DNA from: Basidiobolus meristosporus CBS 931.73
Taxonomy: Eukaryota; Fungi; Basidiobolomycota
Direction of reading: 5' to 3'
Length of the DNA: 64,000 bases
NCBI GenBank assembly: GCA_002104905.1
Contig: MCFE01000334.1
Span: 1 to 64,000 of the forward strand
Both the position numbers and the translations under genes were made by a program. Shown here piece after piece: positions 21,903-35,650 of the stretch (position 1 is the stretch's first letter; the number at the start of each line of letters is the position of its first letter). Under the pieces are notes generated by a model, which saw only the letters and a list, made by a program, of their open reading frames with translations, did no database searches and was not told where the DNA came from.

Positions 21903-22270
21903 TGTTACAAGTCTTGGTATAAGAGCTGTAGAGGAAAAGGGAGTTTAGCTAGTATTTCATTCACTAAAACCTGAACTGATCTCTATTGTGGTTCCAGTAG
22001 CTTCTTATATACATTTTGCCAGATCAATTGCTGACTAATTGTATTTCCTAATGTAGGTTGTGGCTGATGACTCATTTGACTGCATCATCATCACCCAATA
22101 AGATCCTACTTAATATATCTATATCTGTCTGATAAGGATCTGCTGATTCATTTGCTGACTAATCCTACTGTTGTCATGGATAATACTGATATACTGATAA
22201 CCTAAACATATACTAATTGATTTGACTAAAAACTGATCTAACTCAAACATTCAAGCGGCAGATCATGAAA
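21903..22270 (-). repeat. 5' LTR of the gypsy element
   Basis: Direct repeat of 10713-11081; PBS immediately inside; outer terminal dinucleotide altered. Confidence 0.9.
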
Positions 22271-23210
22271 GTTACATTGGGATATGGCTTAATTCTTGGC
22301 TATGACATTAAGCTACTTGAGTTCCTTCTTTGCAGCAAAGATGCTGCTTTCTCTACCTGGGATATTGATTACTCTACACAGATTATCTGCTCATCATGCT
22401 TCTGTTGCATCTATCCTATCAGCCACTGCACCTATTTGCTTCATTAATGCTTTGGTATGAGCTGACAACATACTTGCTAATATGGGTGATGGTGATGTTA
22501 TTGTGGCCATTTGCTGAACTTCAACTGAGGGTACTGCATTTGCTACATTCTCATCTGCCTGAGCATAATGGTCAGCTTGTGGCTCTGCAGAGGTTCTCAA
22601 TTGCCTACTTGACTGAGAGCCTAAGGAGTCTGCATTATCACCTTCAATGAGCACACTGTCCACAGGGCTTTTTTTGGATGTAGCCCCGCTTGTTGCACTG
22701 AATGTCAAAGCAAGCTGTTGTCCAACCATTCTTCTGTTGCTGTCAGCAGTGGGGTTTGGTTGAGACCCAGACAACTCTGCTTTATTTTTTGGTGGCATAT
22801 ATATGGAAGTGAGTCAAATCAAAGGGGAAATAATGTTACGTATACATGTGTATGTGATGCCATAACTATATTTAAAATGCTTACTGTGGTGGTTCATTGT
22901 TGAATCTTACATTCATGTAGGTGCAATGTCTCAAACACCAGACTGTCTTAAGTTCACATGAGTATTGACCAAAAAGTAATATATTAGCAATATATTGTTG
23001 AAGGTCAAACTGTTTGCCCCATGGATAAGACTATATTGACTCTAAGCTGCAAGAGAAGTGAAAAAGATCATGTGGCTATTGTGGCAAGCCTCTCAGCCAT
23101 GAATCATGTAGACAGCTCAGGAAGTATTACAAGGATCATGGCCAGTGTTTTCCCACCCAAGTCATGTTTGGCCATTATTGGTCACTACTGTACTAACATT
23201 ATCTTGCTGG

Positions 23211-24280
23211 TGTAGTGGGGTCACAGTGGCACCCACCAACAGATGTGTTCATACCAATATTTTTTGCTTCCCTATTTCTCTACTATACTTATTTTAGTTT
23301 TATCCCATTTGTCTTGCCTGATCAGCACTATTCCATAAGCCAGTTAGCTATCACATCTGCTTACCTTATTGCATAAGTTATCCTTCACTTTAGGTAAGAT
23401 TACTGGCAGTAGGTGCTTCTTTATTAGGCAAGTACCCATGCCACTACCCATGACACATGATCAACCTGTGTCACCATCCCTATCATTTCCATACTGTATA
23501 TAGTATCCCTACATTACACAGGCTTCAGAGTACTGATACCTGATTGGTTGGCTGTGCTGTGCCTCTCAGAACCTTCCGGCACCTACTTCAAGCATTCTCA
23601 GGTCATTCTGATGTTGTTAAGATTTCTATTGATATCCAGAACCTTCTGGAACACCATGATTAGTAACCACTTAGCCATTGATAAAAGTATATAAGAGAGG
23701 CTATCCCTCAACAATAAGTTATCATCTCTTTCATCAATATTCTGATTTATTGATTGATGTGATCACTGCTACCTGCTGCTACCTGAACTTCCAACTGCAG
23801 ACCACAGAACATTCCCAGGAAAACATGCTGACAGCCAACTGACCTTGAAGGCACCACTTGTGGGGAATACTCAGAGTAGGTATCTTTGATTGTATTTGAT
23901 TCTTTCCCAAGTTTGTTCATATACAGGCAAAGATACCTTTCTGTCTTTGTAACTATTGACCACAGCTGCATTCTTACCAAGTCCCTGCTGGTGGAGTTTA
24001 CAGTTGTTTTGACTTTGGAAGCTTTGGTACATTGTCATCTCAACGGATGCTGGACCCAGCACATACTTTTGTTAAGATGCCAACTAAGTTGGGGATTGTA
24101 GCTCAATAGTTCTCCCTTGACAAGCTTGATGTTTATTCCCCATCACATTAGATTAGTGACAGAACCCAAGTATTCCCAGCAAGCTTTTGCCAGAGGTTAT
24201 TGCACCCAGTGAACACCCCACACACAAAACACTTGAAAAATGTTGGACGTGTCTCTCCCTTGGACTTTTACCCCACCACA
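23211..24280 (+). mobile_element. Solo LTR, family L1070; TSD CTGG/CCAG
   Basis: TGTAGTGGGG...CCCCACCACA, homologous to 7996-9064. Confidence 0.85.
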
Positions 24281-25183
24281 CCAGGCAGTCAACACTACTA
24301 TATTGACACCTGGCTGTCTTTGTTGCCATGCTCAAACTGAGTCAGGTGAGTTTGTGATGCCTTTGGGCTAACCTCAGCCTTCTGAATATGGCATTCAGAG
24401 TGATAGCTCTAATAAAGAAGGTTCACTGATGGATTGTAAGCCTATATCCCCTGACAACAGTAACATGTATGAGCCCAGTCAAGTCCCTATATGCAATGAG
24501 ATGACACCTGCTGAAACAAGTGCCCAGGATACTTTATGGAGCCAAGTGAGCCCAGTAATCCAACTACTGGTGAATGATGTGATGTTGTGGCTAGAGAAGT
24601 GGCGCATTCCAACTCACATCAGTAATGGGGGCTTTGGGGATTTATCACCATTTCTTACCAAATTCATTCCAGGATACAACTTACCATGTACATGGTATAA
24701 GTGGACAACTGTCATGCAGCTGTCAACATATGATCCAGAGACTGTCCTGATTCTAGCACATGTTGACAGTTGCATGGCATTCACATCCAAAAATGCTACC
24801 ATTTCAATGTGTCCAAATTGTCAGGAACCCACCACCATTGAGGCAAAATATTGTTCACACTCCTGATATATTCCAGTCATACTACATCTGAGAAAGCTTA
24901 TACTGTCCAACAATATTGCAAAGCTATACAGTACCACACTCAGTATCAATCAAGTGCAAACATATCCAATATATTTGATGGCAAACATTACAAACAGCTA
25001 AGAAGCAAGGGCTACTTTGAAGGTATGTATGACCATGCCTTTGCTTTAGCACTTGGTGGATTCTCATTAAATAGGTACTCTACCAGCAAATCCTGCTGGC
25101 CACCAGTTCTCATCAATCTGAATCTACCGCCCATATTATGGGATCAGAGCAATAGTCTGATGGTAGTCTCACTGGTATCTAGG

Positions 25184-25946
25184 TGTTGTGCATCAACATT
25201 TAAAACTTAGCCAATTTTACTCCGTTTGAAAATCTAGTACCCTAACTGATTTTCCCTAACCCAAACATAACAAATCCCAGTTACAGTTTATTTTATCCCA
25301 CCTCAGATTCTATTTTTAGCTATCACACCTGATCTATTTTCAAATGGTCATTACGTTATCAACCTATCTGCCAAGCCTTCCCAGGTGATTAGTCATCTGA
25401 GATCTATCCAACCACTGTGCAGTTGCCAAGACATCAGTTGATTGTTGATGTAATTTTCATTTATCTTATGCACCTATGAACACCCAAGTTGATTTCAATC
25501 AATTCAGTCCCTTGGCGCTTACTAATTCAACTTGATCAGAAAAGTATAAATAGAGTTTACTGAACCTTTTGGTTTAGTGTGTGTCTCAACAAAATTAAGA
25601 TTCTGTCTCAGCAAAAATAAGAATCCAACAATTCCATTCTAGTTTCTATCCAAGCCTAGTATATCTAGCACTCCAAAGAACACCAAGCCTAGTATATCTA
25701 GCACTCCAAAGAACACCAAGCCTAGTATATCTAGCACTCCAAAGAACACCAAGCTTAGCCTGCTTAGCAAACAAATATCATTGTCTTTATAGCCAACCCA
25801 GCTATATCCAAGACCAATATTAGATCAGAATCTTTCTGCTAATATTTCCGCCACTCTCTGGCAATTCTAAGATTCTGCACTTAATTGTCCCTTTGGTTCA
25901 GTTAAACCATTCAAGAGTTTTATTACACTTTCTCTTGGATACAACA
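25184..25946. mobile_element. Solo LTR (763 bp) inserted in the transposase, 5-bp TSD CTAGG
   Basis: TGTTGT...ACAACA ends with CTAGG on both sides. Removing it restores ...SLVS(G)PKSP..LDSYL. Confidence 0.9.
25650..25754. repeat. 3 x 33-bp perfect tandem repeat within the solo LTR
   Basis: ccaagcctagtatatctagcactccaaagaaca three times plus a partial unit. Confidence 0.95.
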
Positions 25947-28009
25947 CTAGGCCTAAATCACCATTTAGCCTGGATAGCTACCTGTGCCCAATGCTGGATG
26001 AATTTTGTATGCCTTACAGCAGGATAACAGTAAATGGTTGTCATGTAAACATGCATGTTATAATCTGCATTGGAGATACCCCAGCTATCAGCAAGATAGC
26101 AGGTTTTTCCGGGCACAATGGACAGTATTGCTGTTGAATGTGTGAGATCCAGGGGATTTACTCCATAACTCACACACATTATCATTACCCAAGCACTAGC
26201 ACTAAGAACATCATCTTTTCACAGTGAGAACATACAGAAGTAAGTATGCAATTGCAGCAAAGTTGGCAAGCTGTAAGCCATTGTCCAGAATATGGAATCA
26301 ATTGCAAACCAGAGATGCTTACAATAGAGGGTATCTGTTGGAGCAAAAGCTTTCCACTGGGGGCAATGCATTTGCTTTTCAACAATATCCCTATACTGAT
26401 GACCAGGTTGTACATGGGTATTTCAAGCTAAATGAGCCCTTAAAGTACTGGAGAAATTTGAAAGAATTGGCAAGATATTAAGGAGCATCTGCTACCCCAA
26501 GTACTTCTCATGGGCTCCAAGTAATACTCATACAAATATGGGACAATATAAATACTAAGACTGGATGAACTGAATATGTATCTATTCAAGTGGTGTTCCA
26601 AAGTCATTGCTACCAAGAGTTCATTGGAGGTATTGGGAGTCATAATTGGACATTGTAGGAATATTTATCCAGGAGTAGATCACCAATGCCAACTTGACAC
26701 ATCTATAGCTGTTGTGTGAGGAGTTTGTAACAGGATTTGAGTGGCTATACTACAAAAATAAAGCTGTATGTATAGATCTCTGCTGCTACTGTATCCATTC
26801 TCTACTCCATCTTGCACAGTGTGTGGCAAATATTGGGCTTTGCTTCACCTTTGGGGAGTTTCCTTTGGAGCAGATGTGTGGGGAGATAGGACAACAAGTC
26901 AAGTTGCAGGTACTACCATATCCTAATCTCATCAAGAATATCACCTTCAAGTCTGTCATGGATGTTATGAGGTGGCACATGGAGGACAGCCAGAAAGAGT
27001 TGGAAAATACTGAGGACTAATGTGAACATGGAGACATCTATGCCTATGGCATTAAGAAGCTAAGCAGCCTCAAAGCATGGGTGATCAGTTAAGTAATGCA
27101 AAGTTGGGTTGGGTGCAGCAAGCAACTGATTTTTATCAGAAAAACTCTACCAAGATATGCCGGATTTCTCATTGTCATAAGCCAACCTTTACATCATTCA
27201 ATGAGGAGTTCAAACAAACAAAAGCCAGAGCGCACCTATTAGAGGGACTAGAATCCAGCAGGGAGAAGGAATATATTGGCTAGATACCAAGAAGCTCTTG
27301 GGGATATTCAGGTGGTATTGATGGCAGAAGTGGCTACAACTAAGCATATGTTTGGATAATGTATATGTTTCCAGCAGTACAAGGTATATGGCAACTTTGC
27401 AAGTATCACACTAAGAAGCTGTAATGTTGAGGTGATAGAAGTATGTCAATTGCAGCAGGTATGTGTGCTTGTAGAGGTTAGTAAGCAGGAGGCCATAGTT
27501 TTTTGGACTTGAACTGTATGTGGAATACCCAAGGTAGTAGTGGGTAAGCAAATATAGAGGGGTAATTCTACAGTGGAATATATGAATTGCACAACAGGAG
27601 GTAGAAAAAGGAAACACCATTTGGTAAATTGGTACAGTAGCATTATACAGAGCCAGCAGTAGGCTGTTATACTGCCACTATAATCCCATCAGAGTCTTGC
27701 TGCAAGGCTGTCAAAATACTGTCAAGTTTCTTGCCATATAAGGCAATTGGATGTCCTGGCTAATAATCACAGAGCACCAAAAGACTGCAACAATACCATG
27801 CAAATATCATCACAGCACCAATAAACTATTGTCAAGTTTTATTCCTTTATTTAGTTGTAACATTAGCAAAACACCATTGTGATCCCATCATAAGATTGTT
27901 AGGAGGGTCACTAATTCCAAGCTGCTGGTATTATAATGGTCTCTAAACAGGATCCTAACAGCTGATATGGATTGAATCCACCTGCGGGTCCAAATTATTT
28001 TTCACAGGG

Positions 28010-31000
28010 AGCATTGATTAGCAAGTTCAGCAGTTTTTTTTGCATGCTTCCCTGTCTCAGGCTTGGGTAGACATTTTTCCCTTTCCCTTTTCTTTTATAA
28101 CTGCCAGGTCTTTCACTGCCACTTTGTCTGAGTGCTTCTTGTAGTAAACTACATTTTTTCCCTAATAAATTCTGCTCTAACGCATCTGTTTTGGCCAGAT
28201 TGTCCCTTGCTGGTACACTCCTGGCAACCTGACTTTTCTTTTCCACTTGTCTTGAGCTCTCAGCTGTAGTTGTAACAGGCTCCTGAGAAAGCAGCTGGTT
28301 TTTGTCACAGCCAGGTCCTTCACTTCTACTTTGGCAGAGTGCTTCTTAGGTTAATTACACTTTTTTCTTGATGAATGTTGTACTGGTGCATATGTATCTG
28401 CCTGCTTGTCACTTATTGACACTCTTCCAGCTACCTGAAGTCTCTTTGACGCTTGTCTAGAGCTGTTGACCCTGCTTGTAACAGGCTCTTGAGGAAGCTG
28501 CTGGTTTTTATCTATGGCACCCTGATTCTTCTGCCTTTGATAGTTTCTGCCATTCTTAAGATTCTTTCTTAGCATACAAATGCTGGCCCAATATCCGTTC
28601 TCCTGTTAGAATCCAAGATAATGTTCATGGACCAAGTCATGATCATTCTGCTTGTTCTGTGTTCCTGATGGTCCCATGGTATGCCAGCCTTAAGGTGATG
28701 TGTGGTAATGGAAAGTATTCCATTACTACAATATCTCAAAACCAATATTGCACTCATTTCTTTATTTTGCTTTTTGCTATTGTAACACAAAGGTGAAAGA
28801 TCAAGAATTTACAACTTTGAAGGACAAATACTCTAGACCCTGACAATCAATCCACCCAAGAGTATTATGTCATACAGAACGTGCAGTAGCCAACATTTTT
28901 TTATATTAAAGCTCATTTGAAGCAGTACTTAGGAGTTATGACCAAAGGAGTCCAATTGTTATATATACTAGGCCACTATTGCTAGGATTACAATGGTGAC
29001 TTTGATTGTGTGTAACTTTTGAACCAGCCATTCAAATCACGTGAGGTATTTACAGATACTGCGCCTATGTCTGACCATTGCAACTGCAGCATTTTAGCTC
29101 TGTATCACATGTATTGCTTGCACAATTGCCCAAAGACTTTGATCCTTCAGAAGTTTTGTATATGACTTCCCCAGCTGAAAAATAAAGGAGAGCCTCTCTT
29201 TCCATAATCTCCACACTACAGTTACAAGTTTAATGGCTATTAGACTTCCCCTGCATCACTTGCACTGTTGGGTATTCTGACTTTGACTGATACTACATCA
29301 GTACAGAGACTGCAAAGCTGACAAAAATCCAATCTAAGTTCTGCAAGAAACTACCACTTTTCTGCTGGAAAAGTCCCCTCTAAGAAACCCCTTTACTCTA
29401 AAGAGACCCCTTTAGAGACTTCTACAGCACACCCCTTTAAGTAAACAGGGGAGCTCAGAACTTTCATATCAGGAAATATTTTCTCAGAAAGGAAAGTGAC
29501 TTCCAAGCAAGGAAAAGCTAATATAAAAGTAAATAAGCCCATTAGTCTACAGAAGGTAAGAATACTGCTGTAGAAGTGAGAAACACTGCCTATAGTATAT
29601 ATAGAGCCTAAGATTGAGGATATTACAGAAAGTTATATCTTCTATTGGTATATCAAACTCCCAATAAACTATTTCAGTATTAGCACACTGGAAGTTGTTG
29701 TATATTGCTGATTAGCCTCTATATTGTAGAACAAGCCCCAAACTAATCATAATACAACACAACAGATGGTGTGCTAGACTTCTGATGGCCTCTTGAATAT
29801 TGGCCTACTCTTCATTATTGCACTCAAAGGGTTCACAGATATTCAATGTCTTTTGATTCTTAGGCTTTGGTATAAACAAAGCATTGTATCCCTCCTATGC
29901 TGTGATAGGTTTTTCTGTGGGCTTTATCTTCAGGCACTGTTGTTGTGCTTCAAAGACTGTATGGTGTTTCAATGCTGTTACATTGGGATATTGCTCAATT
30001 CTTGGCTGTGACATTGTGCTACTTGAGTTCCTTCTTTGCAGCAAAGATACTGCTTTGTCTACCTGGGATATTGATAGCTCTACACATATTGTCCACTCAT
30101 CCTGCTTCTGGACTATTTCCTGATTTCTCTGGGCCATTGTATCTATTCTATTAGCCTCAGCACCTCATTGCTTCATTAATGCTTTGGTATAAGCTGGCAA
30201 CATACTTACTAATACTGTTGGTGGTGATGTTATAGCAGCTACTTGCTAGTCTTCAACTGAGTGTACTGCATTTGCTACATTCTCATCTGCCCAAGAATAA
30301 CAGTCAGCATGTGGCTCCGCTGAGGTTCTCAATTGCCTTCCTGACTGAGAGCCTGCAGAGTCTGCATTATTACCTTTGGTTGACTCTGTTATCATGGCCT
30401 TTTTTGGATGAAGCCCTGGTTGTTTCACTGAATGTCAAAGCAAGCTGTTGTCCAACTGTTCTTCTGCTGCCATCACAGTGGGGCTTGGTTGGGAACCACA
30501 CAACCTTGCTTTATTTTTCAGCAGCATATATATAGAGGTGAGTCAAACCAAAGGGGAAATAATATTACATACACATGTTTATGCAGTGCCACAACTTTGC
30601 TTATAATGCTTACTATGGCAGGTCATCATTGAATCTTATGTTCATGTAGGTGGAATGTCTGAAATACAAGACTGTCTTAAATTCACATGAGTATTGACCA
30701 AAAAGTGATATAATAGCATTTCTTTGTTCTAGATTGAACTCTTTGCCCCATGGGCCAGACTACTCTGACTCAATGCTGTAAGAGAAGAGGAAAAGTCCAT
30801 GTGGCTACTGTAGCAAGCCTCTCAGCCATGAAGTATGCAGACAGCATAGGAAGTATTATAAGGATCATGGCCAGTGTTTTGCCACACAAGTCATAGTTGA
30901 CCATTCATTGGTCACTAGTGTACCAACATTATCTTGCCAGCCAGTTTAAAATTCTATATTGGCACCTGGCCATCTTTGTCACCTTACACAATCTGAGTCA

Positions 31001-33892
31001 GGTGAGTATGTAATGCCTTTAGGCTCAGCTCAGCCTTGAGAATATGGCACACAGAGTGATAGCTCTGACAAAGAAGTCTCACTGATGGATTGTAAGCCTT
31101 TCTCCCCTAACAAAAGTACCACATATGAGCCTGGTCAAATCCCAATATACAATGAGACAACACCTGTTGGACCAAATGCCAAGGATACTTTATGGAGCCA
31201 AGTGAACCCAGTAATCCAACTACTGGTGACTGATGTGATATTGTGGCTAGAAAAATGCAGCATTTCCACTAATATCTGTAATGGGGGCTTTGGGGATTTA
31301 TTACCACTTCTTGCCAAAATCTTTCCAGGTTACAACTTACCATGTACACAGTATAAGTGGACAACTGTCATGCAGCTGGCAACATATGATCCCAAGACTG
31401 TTCTGATTTGAGCATGTGTTAACAGTTGCATGGCATGCACATCCAAAAGTGCTACCATTGCAACATGTCCAAATTGACAGGAATCCTCCACCATTGAGGG
31501 AAAACATTGCTCACACTTTGGATGTACTCCAGTAATGCCCAGTCTAAAGAAGCTAATACAGTACAACAATTATTGCAAAGCTATACAGTACCACACCCAG
31601 TATCAATTAAGTGCAAACACATCCAATATATGTGATGGCAAACATTAAAAACAGCTAAGAAGCAAGGGCTACTTAGAAGGTCAGTATGACCATGCCTTTG
31701 CCTTAGCACTTGCAGGATTTTCATTGAACAAGTGCTCTACCAGCCAATCCTGCTGGCCACTGATTCTTGTAAATCTGAATCTACTGCCCATCTTACAGTA
31801 TCCAAGTAATAATCTGATGGTAGTCTCACTAATATCTGGGCCAAAATCACCATCCAGCCTGGATAGCTACCTGTATTCGTTGCTGGATGAGTTTGTATAC
31901 TGTCCTGAGGTATAACAGTAAATGGCCATCATATAAAGCACATATTATTATCTGTATTGGAGATACCCCAGCCATCAGCAAAATAGCAGATTTTTCTGGG
32001 CACAATTAACAATATTGCTGTGGAATGAGTGAAATCCAGGGGATTTACTCAATAACTCACACACATTATTATTACTCAAACACCAGCACCAAGAACAACA
32101 TCTTCCCACAGAGAGAACATACAGGAGTCAGCATGCAATTGCAGCAAAGTTGGCAAGCAATAAGCCATTGGTTGGAACTTGGAATCAATCAGAAACCAGA
32201 AATACTTAAGACAGTGGGTATCTATTGAAGCAAAAGCTTTACACTGGGAGCAATGCACTTACTTTTCAACAATATACTATACCAATGACCAACTTGTATA
32301 TGGGGCCATTCAAAATACCAAAAAATTGAAAGGATTGGCAAGAAATTACAGAGTATTCCCCACCCTGAGTACTTCTCCCAAGCTCCAATCATTATTCATA
32401 TGTATTTGCAGCAATATGAATGTAAAGACTGGATGAACTGGATATGTGATTATTCAAGTTGCGTTCAGAAGCCATTCCTACCAACAGTACATTGGAAGCA
32501 TTGGGAGTTATATGTGAACATTGTAGGAGTATTTATCCAGAAGCAGATCACCAATGCCAACTTGACACATCTACAGCTGTTCTGCAAGGAGTTTGTTACA
32601 GGATTTGAGCAGCTACGCTACAAACATAAAGCTGATCATGTAGATCTCTGCCACCACTGTATCCCTTCTTTACCCCATCTGGCATGGTGTGGAAAATATT
32701 GGGCCTTGCTTCACCTATTTGGAGTTTCCTATGGAGCAGATGTGTGGGGAGATAGGAAGACAAGTCAAGTTGCAAGTACTACCATATCCCAATCTCATCA
32801 AGAATATCACCTTCAGGTCTGTCATGGATGTGATGAGGTGGCACATGGAGGACAGCCAGGAAGAGCTGGAAAATACCAAGGACAGATGTGCCCATGGAGA
32901 CACCTATGCATATGGCATTAAAAAGCTAAGCAGCCCCAATGTATGGGTAATCAGCTAACTAATGCAAAGTTGGGTTGGGTGCAACAAGCAACTATTTTTT
33001 GTCAGGAAAACTCTACCAAGGCATGCTGGATTTCTTATTATCACAAGCCAGCTTCTACACCATTAAATACAGAATTCACACAAACAAGAGCCAGAGCACA
33101 CCTATAAGGGAGACTAGAATCCAGCAGGGAGAAGGAATATATTAGCTAAGTACCAAGATGTTCCTTGGGGATTTTCAGGAGGTATACATGGCAGAAGTGG
33201 CAACAACCTAGCATATGTTTGCAAGATGTATATGTTACCAGCAGTACAAGGTATATGGCAACTTTGCAAGTATCACACTAAGAAGCTGTAACACTGAGGT
33301 GATAGAAGTATGTCAATTGCAGCAGGTATGTGTGCTTGTAGAGGTTAGTAAGCAGGAGGCCATAGTTTTTTGGACTTGAACTCTATGTGGAATACCCAAG
33401 GTAGTAGTGGGTAAGCAAGTATAGAGGGGTGATTCTACAGTGGAATATATGAATTGCACAACAGGAGGTAGAAAAAGGAAACACCATTTGGTAAATTGGT
33501 ACAGTAGCATTATACAGAACTAGCTGTAGACCACCATACTGCCAATATAATGCCATCAGAGTCTTGCTGTGAGGCTGTCAAAATACTGTCAAGTTTCTTG
33601 CCATATAAGGCAATTGGATGTCCTGGCCAGTTGGATCTACTTGAAATAGTTGTAGAGTGCAATAAGACTGCAACAATGCCATGCAATTATTGTCACAGCA
33701 CCAATTAAATCTTGACAAGTTTTATCACTTTATTTGGCACCAATGTTAGGAAAATACTGTCATGATCCTGTCATAAGAATGTTCACAAGGTCACTAATTC
33801 CAAGCTGCTGGTATTATGATGGTCTCAAAGCAGGATCCTGACAGCTGATCTGGATTGGATTCACCCACAGGACCAAATCAATATTCATAGGG
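28010..33892 (+). mobile_element. CMC/EnSpm transposon copy 3 (left end missing); transposase relic ~31085-32960
   Basis: SCWPLILVNLNLLP, SLISGPKSPSSLDSYL, IGPCFTYLEFPMEQMCGEIGRQVK; ends TTCATAGGG, the inverted form of CCCTATGAA. Confidence 0.8.
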
Positions 33893-35650
33893 ACAGGTCA
33901 AGCAGATGAGTAATTGTTGAGGAAAACTTTCAGGGTAAGGTCAGCTTCAGGGAATCTCGACTTGAAGAGAAAGTCCTCCTATGCAAGTAAGAAATCTGAG
34001 GATAGTATGGCACAACTAATCTGTATGAGAAATAAGTGTAATGAGCCAAGCACAAGGCTGTCCCAAGACTTAAGTCCTAGAACTATGTTGTATTGATGGT
34101 GTTAGGACACCATGCAAAAATTGCTGGTCCAAAAGTGCACCTCAATCTCACAAGATACTTGGACAATATATTATTCAGAGCAGGCACTAAGCTGCACTTC
34201 ATTGGCTATCTACTGATACGCTTTGTTTCTGATTCAGGACACTCAACTGATCACCCCTGATGGCACAAGAAACTTAGCTCAGATGTTTAATTGAAACAAT
34301 ACTAAAGCATCTTTTAATTGGATCTTTGATAGTCCACTCACATTCTTATTGCAGACACTCAAGTACCTCATTTACTTGAGCACATTGTGTGGCCAATGCC
34401 AATTTAGCAAACTCTTTTTTCCAAGCATCATTGGTACTCTTACTTTTCATGCAGATAAGCTTACTTACTTTGAGTAAATCTCTGGTTGATTTTCAATCAC
34501 ATATTGTACAGATGCATAGATGTTGCTATATTCATCACAGGCACTCAACCCAACTAACACTCAACAGGTATCTTCATTGAGCTCATTAAGCGACCTGTAA
34601 TTATGCGATGCCGACCTTTTTCTGTGACTTTGGTGTTTGGCCCACAACTTTCTACCACTATTTATTCACTAGTTCTAAGGCACTCCAGTGTGTAATTGGA
34701 CTTTTACAGCTCCAAAATTGCACTGTAGGTGTTATTATACTCCTCTGATTTTTTAATACAGTTATTTTGCCTCTCAGCAGAATCTTGGCTCCATCTACCA
34801 TAGAGGATACTGAGGCCCTGGTAAACAAGCCGCCTTGCTCTTCAAGCTGATCTATTTTATGAAGTTAAAGTCAGGTGGCTGTGCTGCCTATTCCTCTGAA
34901 AATGGCTGCTGTCTTATTTAAACTTCATTGAATTCCTGAAAGCAGCCAAACATAGTACCTTCTACCAAAGATGTGGAGTATATGGCAGCCTGTGAAGCTA
35001 TAAAAGAAGGAATGTGGTTGAGTAAGCTTCTTAAAGATTGAGGCCTATGTCAAAAAATCTCTATTACTTTACTTTAAGATAATCAAGGATGTATAGATTA
35101 GGTAGAAATCCAACTTTTCATGCTAAAACTAAGCACACTGATATAAGACATCATTTCATAGGTGAAGCTATAGTAAATAACTTAGCTAACTTAGCTTACT
35201 GTTCTACAGATGAAATGATAGCAAACATAGTTACCAAACCATTTGCTAGAGACAAGTTTGAATATCTTAAGTCAGAATTAGGACTAATCAGTATGAACAT
35301 TTAGTTGAGTGGGAGTATTGCAAAAGTTTAGAATTCCACCTAGATATTCCCCTAATTTAGTCACTTATATTGGTACCTTCAAATCCTAGAGATAACTGGC
35401 CAAATTTCTTGTTGTGATTTACTCAAAATATTCTCAGCAAAATATCAGGTATTCAGAACATGAAAATTAGATTAGCTGACCAAACAGCCCCAAGCCTTGC
35501 ACACATGTTTATGAGATCTTCCTAAGCCTACTATACATGGTTATTAAGCCAAAACCATGTAAAGTATAAATACTACTTTCACATTGAATAAATTGTTAAG
35601 TGAAAACCGCAAAATCTATTTGTTCTCCCAGTCACCTCTAACTTCTCCAA

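Larger units (their letters stand above)
10713..22270 (-). mobile_element. Ty3/gypsy LTR retrotransposon whose RT core is replaced by a 7.7-kb viral-like insert
   Basis: Two ~370-bp LTRs (10713-11081 and 21903-22270). PBS TGGTAGCAGC (tRNA-iMet-like) next to the 5' LTR. PPT AGTAGGGGAGAA next to the 3' LTR. Order on the minus strand is gag, protease, [insert], RNase H, integrase. No TSD recognisable. Confidence 0.93.
22271..28009 (+). mobile_element. CMC/EnSpm transposon copy 2 (left part disrupted); transposase relic ~24430-27020; divergent accessory ORF 22394-22798
   Basis: SCWPPVLINLNLPP; DUF4218-like HSLLHLAQCVANIGLCFTFGEFPLEQMCGEIG; ends TTCACAGGG. Confidence 0.78.

Noticed and set aside
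2386-34930. Copia at 1-2386 and the RNase H at 34930-35304 as one element split by 32 kb of insertions
   Set aside because: No TSD links the two ends, and the intervening 33893-34581 looks like minus-strand gag of another copia; left unresolved.
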